Shown here one piece after another: positions 61,790 through 64,000 of a stretch of 64,000 nucleotides of DNA. Made by a program: the position numbers and the translations under genes. Source of the DNA: Lophium mytilinum (taxonomy: Eukaryota); the NCBI GenBank assembly GCA_010093605.1, contig MU004189.1, positions 565,834 to 629,833 of the forward strand. Direction: 5' to 3'. The notes under the pieces were generated by a model. It worked only from the letters and a program-made list of their open reading frames with translations. It had not been told where the DNA came from and made no database searches. Within the stretch, counting starts at the first letter, position 1. Each line of letters opens with the position of its first letter.

Positions 61790-62362
61790 ATGCCGTCACC
61801 TTCCCCTATGTCCAGCTCAGAAGGAGAATGAAGAATTGCCATCACCAAAGTCCGCGTACTCGACGGCCAAAAGCTCTGCAACCCCTCCACCGGCATCATC
61901 AAAGGGAATATCATCGATTACGATAGCTCTACTGAGGACGTGAAAGTCATCGACGGAAAGAATGGCGTGCTCCTACCCGGCCTCATCGACACCCACATCC
62001 ATCTCCATGGCGAGCTCAACCTCCACCAACTAACCAGCTACGGCGTCACGACAGCTTTCGATATGGCGGCCATGGACCTCACTTTACTCAAGACTCTCCG
62101 CGAAAAGGCAGGCCTGTCCGATATCAGAAGTGCTGGTAAACCCGCCACCAGTCCCGGAAGCCGCCACAGCTCCATGCCTGGCTATCCTGCCTCAGGCTTG
62201 TATCAAAGCCCATCAAAGGAGAGCAGTTCGCCGCGAAAAGGGCGGCCGAGGGCTCCGACTACATCAAAATTATGTCCGATGTCCCCGGGCTCGACCAAAC
62301 CACCGTGAACGCCCTCGCCGCAGCTGCACGCAAGCACGGCTCAAGAAGCGTGCGTCCATAGC
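61790..62362 (+). pseudogene. Disrupted, truncated amidohydrolase-family gene
   Basis: RIAITKVRVLDG..LLPGLIDTHIH..GVTTAFDMA. In-frame TGA at 61829-61831. A frameshift near 62218 is needed to reach EGSDYIKIMSD..VNALAAAARKHG, after which similarity ends. Confidence 0.8.
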
Positions 62363-62473
62363 ATCACCCTGCTCCACATGCAAAGCGCTGTCTAGGGCAG
62401 ATTTCATTTTCCCCGTGAGTCGGTGAGTGGCTCCTGAAATATTCTCATTTTGATCGAAAAAGATGTGAAAAGA

Positions 62474-62638
62474 ATACGCCCCGAGATTCGAACCCAAGTC
62501 CCCTGGCCTAGGGGTCGAAAAAATCAAAAATTATCAATACCGACAGATACAGACAGATACCGACAGTGTTACCAGCGCTCTGCCGATTTATAGAGGGCTT
62601 AGTGTTCACCACTGCACCACTGCACCACTCCGGCATGT
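62474..62638 (-). other. tRNA-like Pol III element (degenerate intron-containing tRNA pseudogene or SINE head)
   Basis: A-box TGGTGCAGTGG (duplicated), D-stem GTGC/ACAC, T-arm TTGGG-TTCGAAT-CTCGG, acceptor-like ACATGCC/GGCGTAT, followed by TCTTTT. Confidence 0.5.
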
Positions 62639-64000
62639 CTGTCACCCCGCATCCCGCATCCCGCACAGATAATTGGAAGACTGCCAAAATATTTCGAAAT
62701 ATATACCCTTAAAATTGCAGCCACCTTTACTTTGTCACACACATCGGCACGTGCCCGCTGGAATTATTATCCGGCACCCCCCTTAATTTTTTTACATCAC
62801 CGGTCATTGACTATGTAGTCGGGCGCACCCCAAGGATTCGCCTGCACTTTCATAGGGAGAAGGACGAATAGACCATATTGGAGCGTGGTAATAGGAAGGA
62901 CTCAAAGGATCACGAAATTGAAAGAGTGGTTGAGGTAGTTGAGATATATAATGAACCCGCAGTCTGCAGTGACATATTTACTCACTATGCTGTCCGGTCT
63001 CGCTGAAGTTGCTAATTGGAGAAAGTTTTACCAGCAGGATGCGTATCCTCTGCGCGCGCTTGTCCTCGTTCGAGGGTGGATTCCATCATCATAATTCTAT
63101 TTCAGCCTTGTTGCGGCACCACGACGCTGTGCTATACCGTTTCACCAATTTGAGTACATAAGGGCTGAAGATCACCCGAGTTGTAGGAGCCTGGCTGTGT
63201 CCGTAGCGTACGGCTGTATTCTGTATAGCATGGCGGAGGTAGTGACGCTTCGCATGCCACGCAATCGGAACCTCAGTCCCTAGAAAGGACGAGCTGGAGA
63301 AAACAAGCTTTCATGCTTACTCTGAAGCGTTAGAGTCCACTTTTATAGCCCCAGTATGGATTCTCCCTGCCCAACGTGTCCACAGATCTCCAGATGCTTG
63401 CCACAAGGAATCAGGGGAGTTGTAGTCAAATAAAGGCATTTAGCGTCTATTTGTGAAGCGAGAAAGCACATACATCAGATCTTGATATGTAATATAGAGG
63501 GACAGTGATGAAGGACTTAGCAAGTGGGAGTGGACGTTAGGTTTTTCGAAGGGGACGTCAGGAACGAGCTGCCCCTGAATATTCTACTCCACCCAATCAG
63601 ATGAATGCGCTAGCATCCCTCCACAACAACGATCAGCTGAAACTTAGTGCGACGGTTCTGCCTACAAACTCTATATGTACCCTTGTAAGATCCATGCCGC
63701 AAAGGCTTCTGAAAAGGTGAGGAAAGAAAGGTCAAGACTTACAAAACTCGCTTTCCATCAAATCATCCCAGAGACCATCTCTCCGTAAATCTCTAGGTAC
63801 CGTGTCTTAAAATCATCTACCAGATTATCATAAGAAACCCCCGAACTAAATATGACTGACCATTCTATACCTCCTGCTGATGCAACTATCGAATTTACTG
63901 CTGTGTAATTACTCCAGTTTGTCTCCTCTCCTTGTCGACCACTGATTAGCCTCCCTGTAGACTACAGACACCTTCACCTTACACCATGGTCATCCTCCTA

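Noticed and set aside
61829..61831. In-frame TGA as a readthrough or selenocysteine codon
   Set aside because: The gene also has a frameshift and truncation, so pseudogenisation is simpler; Dikarya lack Sec machinery.
62850..64000. Minus-strand splice-like signals suggesting a multi-exon gene
   Set aside because: Trial exon joins contain stops and match no family I recognise.

Overview
Intron-containing DNA from a filamentous ascomycete (Pezizomycotina, probably Dothideomycete-like), with about 26 genes. The right half is mostly housekeeping: RAD21, a 7-exon RPL30 absent from the ORF track, CWF19L1/DRN1, UTP20, ATG9, COG6, BolA and NIF3. The left half is more accessory: a secreted protein, PhzF-like protein, BRCT protein, ODC antizyme with a +1 frameshift, P450, DUF3431, alpha/beta hydrolase, CorA-like protein, PLP ammonia-lyase, MFS transporter and EI24. 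Best lead: a standard kink-turn hairpin in RPL30 intron 5, 9 nt before the branch point and overlapping a cryptic 3' splice site, which suggests eL30 autoregulates its own splicing. Other leads: the antizyme frameshift with tandem in-frame donors; an 84-bp phased motif array in a promoter; a ~146-bp degenerate tandem array; a tRNA-like element with a CTA triplet beside an amidohydrolase pseudogene; and a 24 x 9-bp intronic repeat. All calls were made by eye, with no database searches.
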